From contig NW_024704892.1 in assembly GCF_018977255.1 (NCBI RefSeq), positions 1-64,000 of the forward strand: a stretch of 64,000 nucleotides of DNA, in the 5' to 3' direction. Both the position numbers and the translations under genes were made by a program. Below the pieces are notes generated by a model. It did no database searches. It saw only the letters and a program-made list of their open reading frames with translations, and was not told where the DNA came from. The stretch is from Callorhinchus milii (lineage: Eukaryota). Positions 14,307 through 25,911 of the stretch are shown piece after piece. Position 1 is the first letter of the stretch. Each line of letters begins with the position of its first letter.

Positions 14307-14539
14307 CTGCGCGGCGAGGGCTCTAATCACTGAGCTACAGGACCTGTTACAGAGACAGTTTACGGTATATACTGTGATGCGCTTCGAGTCGTTCCGAAGA
14401 CGTGATAACACTCTGTGTCAAATATAAGGATTACTATCATTATTATAAAAAGGGCTTTAACCCCAAAAAACCTCCTGTCCCCTTTAAGTGAGGGACGGCC
14501 TCGCTTTAAATTCCAAATATGGTCAACAGATCAAAATCC

Positions 14540-14715
14540 TGCTCTGGCCCCGTGACCGACCCCAGCTCCGGCTCCGCCCCCAACCCAGCCGCGCCCCCAG
14601 CTCCGGCCCCGCCCCCAACCCAGCCCCGCCCCTGTTTGACTCTTGTTTGTAGCAAAGCCTCCAGCGGCTGATTGACGGAGAGAGAGAGAAAGACAGCGAA
14701 AGAGTGAGTGAGTGT
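14540..14715 (+). promoter_or_regulatory. GC-box cluster, possible promoter/first exon
   Basis: Several ccgccc boxes, CpG-rich, followed by ctgattg and a possible gtgagt donor. Confidence 0.4.
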
Positions 14716-15419
14716 GAGAGAGAGGCAGAAAGCTAATGCACAAATATGTTAATATATTTGGGATTAATGCAGAAAGAGGAATATTTTGCACTGATGCACT
14801 TTAAACCCCGAGGATCTGGGGGGAATTTACACCCGTTTCCCGTGTTTGTCCCCGGCTGTGGGATTAAAATAAAAACCCAAAGTTAATGCAAAACCGTATT
14901 TATATCATTGTGATTAATGCAATCATTGGGGTTTATTAAACTATTGCACTTGAAACAACGCGGAAATGGGGGCTTTTAAAACCGTTTCCCGTGTTGTACA
15001 CAGAGAGCGCTTTATTATTTAAACAGAAAGTCAATGATAAATCCCATGGGTATCATTGGGATTAATGCAGATTTAGAAGCCTAGGATGGGCTTTGAGACG
15101 TCTGCCAGAAGTGATGAGAAGCTGTGTGCAATATAGGGATTATTATTGTCGAGATCAGGAGCTGAAATCTCCAGCCTGATGGTCGTTGTGTCACAGATGA
15201 CTTACTTTAGACTTTTCTCTGTGCAAATTAGTTCTATATTCGCTCACAAACACAACCGTCGCTTCATAGTCGATTCCGAGAAAGTATTGAGCCGCGGTCC
15301 CAGTGTGAAAGTTGTCATATAAACTACAATCTTTATTGTAAAACGACACAGATTATAAAAGTTTCAGCCTTGTGGCCATCACACTCAAAGATAGGTCATG
15401 GCTAAGTGTTTCCTCCTCA

Positions 15420-18091
15420 TTAATCTGTCAACCGGCAGATCCTCAGAGGATCACAGATTTTGCCGCCATCATCAACACCGGGAAAGAAGTATGGATAAAG
15501 TTTCTCAGTGAAAGTCTGGGTGAAAGTGTGGAGATGAGACATGTTATCAACGTTGTAAAATGTCAACTCTCCCCCCTTATAGTCCAGGTAAACTCCCAGC
15601 TTCCCGGGTCTCTCTCTCAGCGGCAGGATGGTGGTGCACGGTGTGGTACAAGCTTCATATTCATCCCCGTTTCTCAGACACACAGCCCAGAATCCATCCT
15701 CTGGTGACAGCGTGATCTTTCCTTTCCTGTTGACGGACTCTCGGGCCAATCCCACATCCCACTCTGTCCTGTTGGCCACCTGCACCTCCCAATAATGTCT
15801 CCCTGATGTGAAACCCTCAGACCCCAGGACAATGAGATATTTACTAAACCTCTTCGGGGAGTCAGAGAGCTGCTGCCATGTGTCTCCGGTCCTCACGCTG
15901 GTCAGCTCCTCAGACAGGATGAGGTAGGGATTCGCTGTGTCAGGATCCAGCGTCAGAGAGGCCGGAGCTGAGAGAGAGAAACAACAGAAAGTGGAGTGAA
16001 GGGACGTCAGAGCTCAGACTGTGTTTCAACACATCTACACCTGAGGATACAATCCATCTCAGGCTGTCACAGTCTGTTTGACGGGCGGGTGAGTCGGTGT
16101 GTGAGGGGTGTGTGATTATTGTGTGTGATTTTGGTTGTGTGTGAAGGGTTGTTACGTTGTGTGAGGGATGTGTGTGAGGAGTGTGTGTGAGAGTCTGTGT
16201 GAGGCTGTTTGTGAGGTTGCTTGTGAGTGGGTATCTGTGAGTGTGTGTTTGTGAGGGATGCGTGTGAAGGTGCATGTGTGAGGGCAAGTTTTTCAGCGTG
16301 TGTGTGAGAGTGTATGTGATGATCTGTTTGAGGGGGTGTGAGAGTGGATGTATGGGAGGGGTTTTTAGTACGAGTGTGTGATGTTGTGATTGAGCGGGTG
16401 TATGAGGGTGTGTTTGAGGATGTGTGTGAGGGTCCGTGTGTGGGATTGTGTGTGGGTTATGTGTGAGGAAGTGTGTGAGTGTTTGTGTGAGGGGTTGTGT
16501 GTGCGGTGTGTGGGGGGGAGGTTGTGAGGATTTGTGAGAGGTTATTTGAGCGTGCTTGAGGATAAGTGTGTGTGGGTGTGTGCGAGGGATAAGAGCATTG
16601 ACATTATGACCCTCACTGAAAACTGGCTCACCTCGGGTGAAACCTTCCCCATAACTGAGGCCACACCAACCGCTACACCTAACTCCATGCCCCCCGCCCC
16701 AACCGTCATGGTGTTGGGGTGGCCCTTAGCTTCAGGGCATCACTGGACATGACCACCTATTCCAACGGCTCATTACCCTCTTTCCAACACCTTACCCTCT
16801 GCCATCCTTCCCACCTCTCTCTAAAAATCCTAATTTACTGCCCCGAAAACACTCCCCCACCTTCATCTCAGTCATCTGAACCCTCCTCGCCTGCTCTGCC
16901 TCTGCTGCCATCCCCTCGTTATCCTCGGCCACTTCAAACTCCACTTCATCCCCTCCTGCTCCATCTCCACAGACATCTCCTCTCTCCTCCTGTGTGATGG
17001 GAGTATGTGTGAGTGCTGTGTATATGAGGGTTGTCCTTGTGAGGTGTGTATGTGTGAGCGGTGCATGTTTGTGAGAGAGGCAATAATAATGCTTGCATTT
17101 GACATTGCTCTTTTCATGTCTTAAAAATAATAATAATCCTTGCATTTGATATAGCGCTTTTCACGTCTTCTCGATGTCTCAAAGCGCTTCACAGAATAGA
17201 CTGTAAAGTGAATTGACTGTATATTTGTGGGCGAAACGTGGCAGCCAATTGCGCACATCTGTGTCTCACAAACAGTCGTGGATCGAAAATGACCAACGTT
17301 AAATTTTTTTTGTTTTGGAGGGATAAATATGAGTTGTGTGCAGTAAGGAAATTTGCCCAATGTTTCGCCCTACACCGCATTGAACCCAAGTGTCTCGCTT
17401 GCAAGTTGAATGTTTCAATCACTGAGCTCAAGGACTCCACGGGTTGTGTAGGATGTGTGTGTGAGTGTGCTTGTATGTGAGGTGTGTCAGAGCGGTGTGT
17501 GTGAGTGGGGTGTTTGAGGACTGTGTGTGTGAAGCGTGTATATTTGAGATGTGTGTGAGGTCTGTGAAACAGTTGTGTGTGTGTGGTGTTTGTGTGAGGG
17601 TGTGTGTGAGAGTGTGTGTGTCAGAGGTTGTGCGTGTGTGAGTTGTGTGCGAGAACTGTGTGTGTGTGTTACGGTATGCGTGTCTGAGGGTGTGTGTTTG
17701 TGAGGTTCGTGTGTCTGATGGGTGTGTTTTTGTGTGTGTGTGGGGTGGGGGGGTGGGGGTGGGGGGTGCCTGTAAAGGAAGAGGAATTACGTTTTGAAAT
17801 CCAGGTGAATGTCAGGCTATTGACACGGCATCAGAGTGAAAATGGGAGACATTTACCTGGGCTGATGTTGTCTATAATCTGTCTCCAGACTGTGTTCTTC
17901 ATAGGCCATTTGTACTTGGCCACCGGCAGCTCAGCCTCACACACTGACAGATGAAACCCCTCGTCACTGACCCTGAAATAAGACATCATCACACTGTAAA
18001 GTGAAACTGCACCTTGTGGTTGGTTTGTCGGTTCAATTCTGGGATATTTGGTAAAGATCATTTCATACCTTCTGTTGCCAGCAGCTTCTGC
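15420..18091 (-). CDS. TRIM/zinc-binding protein A33-like gene, 3' exons only (18069-18091, 17857-17972, 15420-15967; B30.2/PRY-SPRY domain)
   Basis: 23-nt exon AEAAGNR, 116-nt exon [38 protein letters not shown] and terminal exon [20 protein letters not shown]...[17 protein letters not shown]...[16 protein letters not shown]...LYPYFFP. All have AG/GT sites and splice in frame. Confidence 0.88.
16080..16590. repeat. Degenerate (TG)n/TGAG low-complexity intron tract
   Basis: Visible gtgtgtgag-rich sequence; a similar tract lies at 17440-17745. Confidence 0.85.
16590..16985 (+). mobile_element. L2-like LINE endonuclease fragment
   Basis: [14 protein letters not shown] and atcctcggccacttcaa (ILGDFN-like) APE motifs, frameshifted. 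Confidence 0.6.
17123..17440 (-). mobile_element. tRNA-derived SINE
   Basis: Reverse complement of the family consensus, from (taa)n tail to head aggactccac. Confidence 0.9.
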
Positions 18092-18216
18092 CTAATGAAG
18101 TCAAACATAGATAAAGTTCAGCTCACAATGCGACACCACCAACAACAAAAAATTACATGTGTACAGAGTCTCTTACGTCCCAATTCAATCTCTGATCTCT
18201 TTATCAATCACAATTA

Positions 18217-18969
18217 GATTCGACCCTGAGCTGTCCTTTCTCCCTCACATCCGCACCACAACTGGCACCGCCTTCCATCACCTCCGGAACATCGCCAGAC
18301 TACGGCATTACCTCACCCCTCACGCTGCTGAAACCCTGGTTCACGCCTTTGTCACCTCAACGCTGGACTACGGGAACTCTCTCCTCGCCGGCGTTCCCGC
18401 CACCTCCCTCCACAAGCTGCAGGTCATTCAGAACTCTGCAGCTCGTGTACTGTCCCGCACCAGGCTTCGGGACCACATCACTCCCACCCTCGCTCACCTC
18501 CACTGGCTCCCTATCCCCCAGAGAATTGATTTCAAGATTTTCATCCTCACGTACAAGGCCATTCACGGCCTTGCTCCCTCCTACCTCTCCAACCTACTAT
18601 CCCCCTACCTACCTGCCCGTACCCTCCGTTCCTCTGGCTCCGATCTGCTCCACGTCCCCCGCCCCAACCTCCCTACCATCGGTGGTCGGGCCTTCAGCCT
18701 CTCAGCCCCGAGGCTCTGGAACTCCATCCCCCAGTGCCTTCGCCGCTTCCTCCCTTTCCTCCTCCAAGGCCGTTCTCAAAACCTTTCTCTTTGACCGTGC
18801 CTTCAGCTCCCCTCTCGACTCTCTTCCCCCTCCTCGCTCCCTCCCTTCCCTCCCCTCAACCTGACCATTTCCCCCCTGCTCGGGTCATGACCCAACTGTG
18901 CAGCGCCTTGGGACGTCCTCCTGACGTGAAAGGCGCTTTATAAATGGAATCTTGTTGTTGTTGTTGTTG
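18217..18969 (+). mobile_element. L2 LINE, 5'-truncated 3' end
   Basis: FDPELSFLPHIR...AETLVHAFVTSTLDYGNSLLAG...LQVIQNSAAR...HWLPIPQRIDFK...GGRAFS...APRLWN, with (ttg)n tail. Confidence 0.93.
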
Positions 18970-19283
18970 AAATGTGAGTGCGGGCGCACAGTGAAGATGA
19001 AGCTTTGTTGCGTCTGCATCAGTGACCTGGGATTGGGGAACCGGAATGTATGGTGAGCCATATTCTCTCTCTTAAGCTGACTTGGGAATTTGGATGCACA
19101 GTGCAGAGCTCTATTCTGATTGTAATCCCAACATGGAAGAGCGGACAGAGAGTGTAGAATAAGATTTAGTCTGTCTTTATCCGTGTCCTGGAAATGCGTA
19201 CGATAGCCTGGAATGAGTTCTAAATTGACTTTAAAAATGATTTGTGAGTGTGGACAGACATTTTAGGGATTTACTGATTTATT

Positions 19284-22200
19284 TTATTCAGGCAGCAGGT
19301 AATCGGCATCGATGGACACGTTGTTAACGAAATTATCTAACGATTATTAGAAATGGAAATGTAAACACGGTTTTCAGCTGCTCTCTGAATTTAGTCTGAG
19401 TAACTGCATATATACACGTGTTTGTACAGGAATTCAACAGCTGCAGCATGGCGCCAGTTTCATACAAAATGTGCAAAAGATCATTGGAGTCTATGTGGTG
19501 ATCTTTTTTCTAAATCCTCCAATATTAGATAACCGATACTTGTGTCACCCACAATAATGTAAAACTGGCGGAAACAGCAAATAGTAAAACGATGGATTTC
19601 CTTCTGTTCTTTATCTCCGGATCTCTGTCACTCGCTCCTCTATTCCTGTACCTAGTGCTGTATCCCCACAATCTACTGCGGGCTCGACTGGCCACCAGTA
19701 TGTGGCTGACCGTCAGGGGGTTCAGCAGAAAAATCAGAACGAATGGTATAATTGGGATTAAAATTATGTCGAGCAGGTCAAAAGCTATCCATGCGGAAGA
19801 AGTGAAAAATTCTATTTTAAATGCACAGCCCCGTGGTGTATTTTTAACTATTTGCACTGATGTGAACACAAAATACCAGGGAATTTTTTGCCCAATTATA
19901 AACATACTGAATACGGCTATAACACCACAAGCAGTTTTTTCGGTGCAATATTTGGTTTTCAATTGTTGGCGACAAATAGCAACATATCGATCAAAAGTAA
20001 AGGACACAGTAAACCAGACAGAAGTTGCCCGTATTGTCGCAAACAGGAAGGAAAGGAGTCCACAGACAGGAGTAATGGACAGAAAACTAATGGGAAAATA
20101 ATGCGAAATAATGCGAGTCAATACCACTTCGGTGAAAATCAGCATCAGATCAGACACTGACATGGCCACCAGATAGCGGGTGATTCACTTGGAGAGACCG
20201 CACTTCCCTCCAGACAGGATCACAATTGACACCAGGTTAGCTGTAGGAAGAGGAAAAAAGAAATGGACAGTTATAATCCTTGTTTGCTACAGTTTGTCTA
20301 GTGCCGACAAAGCGAAGGATGCGGTCTCGATTTAGGCTAAACAGTCGCCTCCTCCAACTCAGTTCTTGTTCCCGAAGAATTTTGCCTCATGGTCCATCAT
20401 CAAAACTGTATGGAATACCGGCTCAGTTAGGTGCCATTGCCTTTAATATAGGTAGCTGCTTGTCGTTAGGTTACCAAAGAGGTAAGATATATTATAGAGT
20501 CGAAAAATGCTGATGTTATACTGACTGACATGAAAGGTTGTTGGTCTGACTGATATGGGTGAACATCAGTCTTATTTACGTGGCTTAATGGATAGATGGA
20601 TGAATGCAATGGATGGATGAATGAATCGAAGTAAGACTAACTGACTGTCGGACTTGAATGCCTTTTAGACTGAAAGACTGGACTATTCTTTATTTCATGC
20701 ACCCTTTCTCCATTTATAAATCGCGCCATGACAATAGCTAGCTGACTGCACACTGACCTACATTTCGCATCGAAGAATTTACAGAAAATTGCAGTCAAAT
20801 TATCTATTATTTCGCACCCTGCCCTGAATACATATGTACGTGTTTACCACCTACATCAAACCGAATATCATTGATTACCTCCTCATCCAGCGTTTGATTA
20901 GCCTATCATCCCTCTTCTCTTCTTCTGGTGCAAAACCTCTCTTTCTGCAGGTTTTTCTACCTTTCCAAACAAGCAAAACATTATCCTTTTTTAAAAGCTC
21001 TGCATTGCGTTTCTCCAAAATCGAAAAATATTGGCTCAGCTCAATTGCGCCTTCTATCTGTGATCAGGGTTTTCACTGCACCTTTATGCTCAAGGTCGAT
21101 TCTGCTGCTCGAGTTCTCTGTTACTCTTCAACCTACTGACTTCTTTCTTATCCATGGATGCCTCCCTGCAATACATCCATGTAGGATCCAACACTCTGGG
21201 TCCAATTCTACTGGAACTAGTGCATGTAGTTTTTCTTCTCTAAACGTTCCTCCTCACATCCTTGCACAGTGGCAGCACATGGAAGGCTACAGAATTACAC
21301 ATGCAGATGTCCATATTCATGAAGAAGACACCAAAAATCTGACTTCATTTTCAAACTCATCAATTGATGAGTCAAATTTTGTCTTTCAGCTCCATTTTCA
21401 TAAATTCTTCATTCGTCTCATTCTGTCATTAACCAGAATCACTTTTATTCAGCTCATCCATACATTACCGAACATTATAACCGCTCTTATTCGCCCTTAT
21501 ACGCTTATATTACACCTTGCTTCTGAACCCACTCCACGATGGAAATACAGTTGTTACCTTTCATCCATTTTCAACCATCCATAAGATGCACCTAATGCAG
21601 AAATCCACTGCTCACATCCACCTCTATAACAAACGCTTTGTGCAATTTTTGAGGTTCCACGGGGTCCCTCTCCAATCTGATTCCAATAATGTTCCTTAGT
21701 GATTCCACATCTTCAAAATCATCATCGAAAAAATATTCTCATCACGCAGATTGTGGTTTCGTACAGTCACATTAGTATCAGAGATAAAGGTGATTTGCCG
21801 TGACAGGAAAGCTATCCTTCGGATAAGACATTGAAACGAGCTCTCATCTGCCTACTCAGTTGGACGTTATGGATCCCGTGGCAGTAAGCTTCATTCATTC
21901 ATTCATTCATCCATCCATCCATCCATCCATGCATCCATGCATCCATTCATTCATTCATTCATTCATTCATTCATTCATATGCCCGTATTTTTACATTCGC
22001 AAAGTATTTAATTTGAACAGCCATTCACATTGCACGCAGAATACTATACGATTGATCCCTATTGGTTTAACTATTGAAATTATTCCGTTCCAATGAGTGT
22101 GCTAATGAATTTGCTGCATCGGCAACATGTAATGATCGCAGTAATTTGATTTAATAGTAAGAATTCTATTCGACAGTTTACATTTAAAATATCTGAGTAC

Positions 22201-22947
22201 AGCAGAATATTTTCCGACAAAGACTGCATTTGTAGGCAAACCAGTCAGCTAATCAGCACATAGCCAGCATTGATGGAATGACCAATTCTACCGTAGAGAC
22301 TTTATGGCAGGAAACCAGGCAAAATCTCTTTTCCTTTTCAGAGAATGCCAAAAGCTTTTCTCACAGCGAATCTTCGAGACCCACAGCAAACACCTCCAGT
22401 TCTCCAAATTCAATTGTTACACTATCCAAAAGCATCCGCCTACGCACAACACGAAAAACTCAAGTAACGCCGTTTCTGATATTGAACAGTCATACACTCC
22501 CAAGAGGCGCAAATGCTGATTAGCAGATACCACGGAGTATAAGGAGCAGATTTGCAAGAATCAAAACTGTGGGACAAAAGATGGAGGCTCATGGCCAANT
22601 TTTTTTGACTAATATATTACAAATATACTGAAAGATCTACATACGTAAATCATTTTAACTACCAGCCTCTTGAGCTTCTCATTTCAGGAAAGCAGCTCCA
22701 AAATTGTAGCCAAGCCGCTAGCCGTCGATTTGAGTGTCAGTCTCCAGTGTGAATGTAGTGACTGAAACAGCGCTGGAAACTCCAGGTGATTGAGATGGTA
22801 AAGAGTGCTCAAAACAGGGTCAGGCTGAACACTTTACTACATATGCATCTAGTTAATCTACTGGTTAAATCACTTGCCAGGAACTCCAACAGCAGCGAGA
22901 ATCGGATAGTAAATGTACTGAATCCTATAAATTAGCGGAGCAGTCAT
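19284..22947 (-). pseudogene. GPR139-like GPCR, copy 2 (exon 1 22878-22947, exon 2 19284-20240), nonsense mutations
   Basis: Exon 1 MTAPLIYRIQYIYYPILAAVGVP with GC donor; exon 2 ANLVSIVILSGGKCGLSK*ITRY...FTFDRYVAI... Stops at 20185-20187, 19525-19527 and 19510-19512. Confidence 0.88.
21890..21978. repeat. (TTCA/TCCA)n microsatellite
   Basis: Direct reading; paralogous tracts of different length at 27290-27373 and 32672-32712. Confidence 0.95.
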
Positions 22948-24249
22948 CCTGGCAAATGATGGGACAACCTCCCGGTACAGGCGGCAGCTCACACTGAGAA
23001 GATGCTGTTCAAGAGCAAAAAGCTGTGTCTTTTTAAAATAAAGGGGGAACGCTTCACTGAACAATTTCAGCACACGTTCACTCACATTTTGCACCCATGG
23101 GAAGAATTATGTAATGCCACAGAGCTGAGCAATACATCTCAATGAATTTTGATCAGCTGCTCGTCTGATTGATGCATAATCTTTTAAACAAACTTGCAAT
23201 AACTCATACTCTATCACGGGTGGTAACCACTGTATATGTTTAATTTGCTTTTGTTTTTAAAATGTCTGACAAAAATCCACATATATATATTACAGATTGA
23301 AAAAAGACAGCCTCTCTATTTCAATGCTCATTCTCTCCCTGGAGGCCGGCAATCCTCTTTATTAATACTGGAGAGTATAAGGCGCAGGTTTGCTACAAGA
23401 ATAGCTTTGGGTCCCCAGAGTAGTTGCTCAGGTGCGTCTTAGCCTGTTTTCGAGTTTAAAAGGATCAAAATGAAACACTTAGCACAGATAAATATGTTCC
23501 ATAGAATTCCAAAATGATTTCAATACATTATATTATCTGCTTTTGCGATATTGCTGTGCAATTGCAGAGACTTGTTTGTTTACAGATGCACAACGTCATT
23601 ACGCAAAGCATTCAAATACTCTTTTGACGTGAAACAACACAGTGCATTAGACCAGAAGATATGCTACACGAGAAAAAAAGGTGGATCCAGTTCGCCTTCG
23701 ACCTTCCTGGCGGTCAAGTGCACATACGTCCGAAACTACCTATGTTTTATATTTCATAATGTTATATTCCGAAAGAAAACTCTCTTATGTGTGTTTGAAA
23801 GAATCAACACTTGCTGCTTCAACCATCTCCCATGGGGGCCTGTTCCACGTGTTCACTAATCGCTCACTGAAATAATATTTTCGTTGAATCATACTGAACA
23901 TAGCCCCTTCATTTGCAGGCCGGGTCCTCAGGTTTTGCTATTCTGGACAAGCTGAGACAGTCTGTAATGATCTGTGTTATATGGCCACGTTAGAATCTTA
24001 ATGACAGCAACCACGTTGCCTCTCAATGTCCTTCTTCCAGTGTGAACACATTTACTTAGTCCCTTCTCTCAGTCCAGTTCCTTTGTTCCCTCAATCATTT
24101 AAGTCGCCCGATTCTGTATCTAACAATTCATCAGCATATCCGTCGCAAGCGATATACATTCTGACTGTATTTTCTCTCCTATCATGTACCCAGTTTCACA
24201 TAATATATATAGGTTAGGTGATGCGACAAGGACAGGCATCTCGATGCTT

Positions 24250-25905
24250 GCCAGCCAGTTCTCTCAGTGACAGACTTTGAAGCTGTTACTGGCGAATCTG
24301 CAGCCGAGCTCAATCGCACAATTTGTTTTGTCTTCTCTGGACTGATCAGACAGATGATCACCAAATATAAGGCAACACACAATCAGATATTTATTAACTG
24401 GCCCTCTTCACTGACATCGTACTTGTCCATCTCCTTTGCATCCATTCCAATACCTTTTAATCTTTCCTAATACGAGAAATCTGAACACAGCGCTGCAGTT
24501 GCAATGTAACCAATGATATGCACAAATATGCCATTGGAAGCTGAAATTTGCATCTATGATTCTACCTATAGAACCAAGAATACTCGCAGCTTTCCACAGA
24601 TATTTTGACATCCAATAATCTGAAGGATATGCTGCTTGCCACTTCCAGTTACAGAGATAAAGCCACCTCTAATGTGCCTTTGCTCCTCTGCTACTCGCAG
24701 GACACTGCCAGTCAGTATGTATAACCTTCCCTCGTCTTTTCTGCCCAAATGTATAATCTTCCATTTTGCTGGATTAAGCTTCAGTTTCCACTGATCTGCC
24801 CTTTCTGCTGATATATTGAATTCTTTGCGCTTGTACACCTTGATATAACATTTAGTGTTCTCCTTAATATTCTGAGATAGACATCTCAAATGAAACTGAA
24901 CCATAATATAGTGACTAAATACAGCAGAGTGATTTTATGTTGAACATAGTTTATTCCACTGCTTGCAGCTGTTAAAAGTATGACAAAGCACTATTTTTAT
25001 GAAAGCGAATCACAAAATTTATGATCAGAAGCCTGTACCGTATTTATGCTACAAATTATATAACACGAAAAGAATTAAACTGTAGAATGTTTTAAAAAGT
25101 CATTGATTAATGAACATGGAAGGTTCATGAACGAAACTTCCTATCTAAAGGCCAGTTTTTCAGTTAGGATCAGTTCAGTTGGTGCTCGGGACTGGATTTT
25201 GTCATTCGGAGAATCATAGGATCACAGCATTATACAGAACAGAAGGAGGCCATTCAGAACACACTCTCTTTGCCGGCTATCTGAAAGCGGCTATCCAAAT
25301 CAACTCTACTCACCTGCACTCTCCCAATAGTTCAGGAAAGTTTCCCTCGACCCACCCTCTCCCCCACATAATTTGTTTGGATTGAATCGGTTTCCAAAAC
25401 CCTTTCACGCAATGCATTCCAGATGGAAACAACTTGCTGTCTTGAAAAGAAATTTCATCTTCTCCCATCTGTTACTTTCAGCAACTATTTTAGGTTGTAC
25501 CCTTGCGTTACCGACCGACAAGCCAGTGGAAAAATTTTCTCCTCATCTACTCTGTTTAAGCCCCTCAAAATTGGGAATATTTCTATTAACTCAACACTTA
25601 AACTTCTTTGCTCCAGGGAGATTAATGCTTCCATAGCCTCTCCTGATAACTGAAGTTGCTATTTCCTGGTACCATCCTGGTCAATCTCATTTGCATCCTG
25701 TGCAATGCCTTGACATCCTTCCTGATGTTTGGAGCCGTGAACCGAAAACAGTACAATAGCTGAGGCTCAACCAATGATTTATATCAGTACGTCATATATT
25801 CCTGACGTTTGTATAATATGCCCCTGTTGATCAAGCTTGGTATCCAGAACCCTTTTTTTGAAAGAGTTTTCTACCTGTCCTACCACCTTCCAAGAGGCCT
25901 GCTTT
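24250..25905 (-). mobile_element. Degenerate CR1 LINE fragments
   Basis: WKLKLNPAKWKIIHLGRK resembles CR1 RT C-terminal WQMxFNxxKCxVxHLG; 3' end ccttctgttctgtataatg on minus; duplicated at ~34980-36720. Confidence 0.6.
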
Positions 25906-25911
25906 CTTTAT

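Noticed and set aside
18159-18794. Host gene for a reverse-transcriptase-like protein
   Set aside because: 5'-truncated L2 end with a non-ATG start and a (ttg)n tail
19592-20101. Plus-strand ORFs overlapping the GPCRs (also 30203-30883, and minus 5948-6205)
   Set aside because: Antisense shadows of GPCR coding sequence
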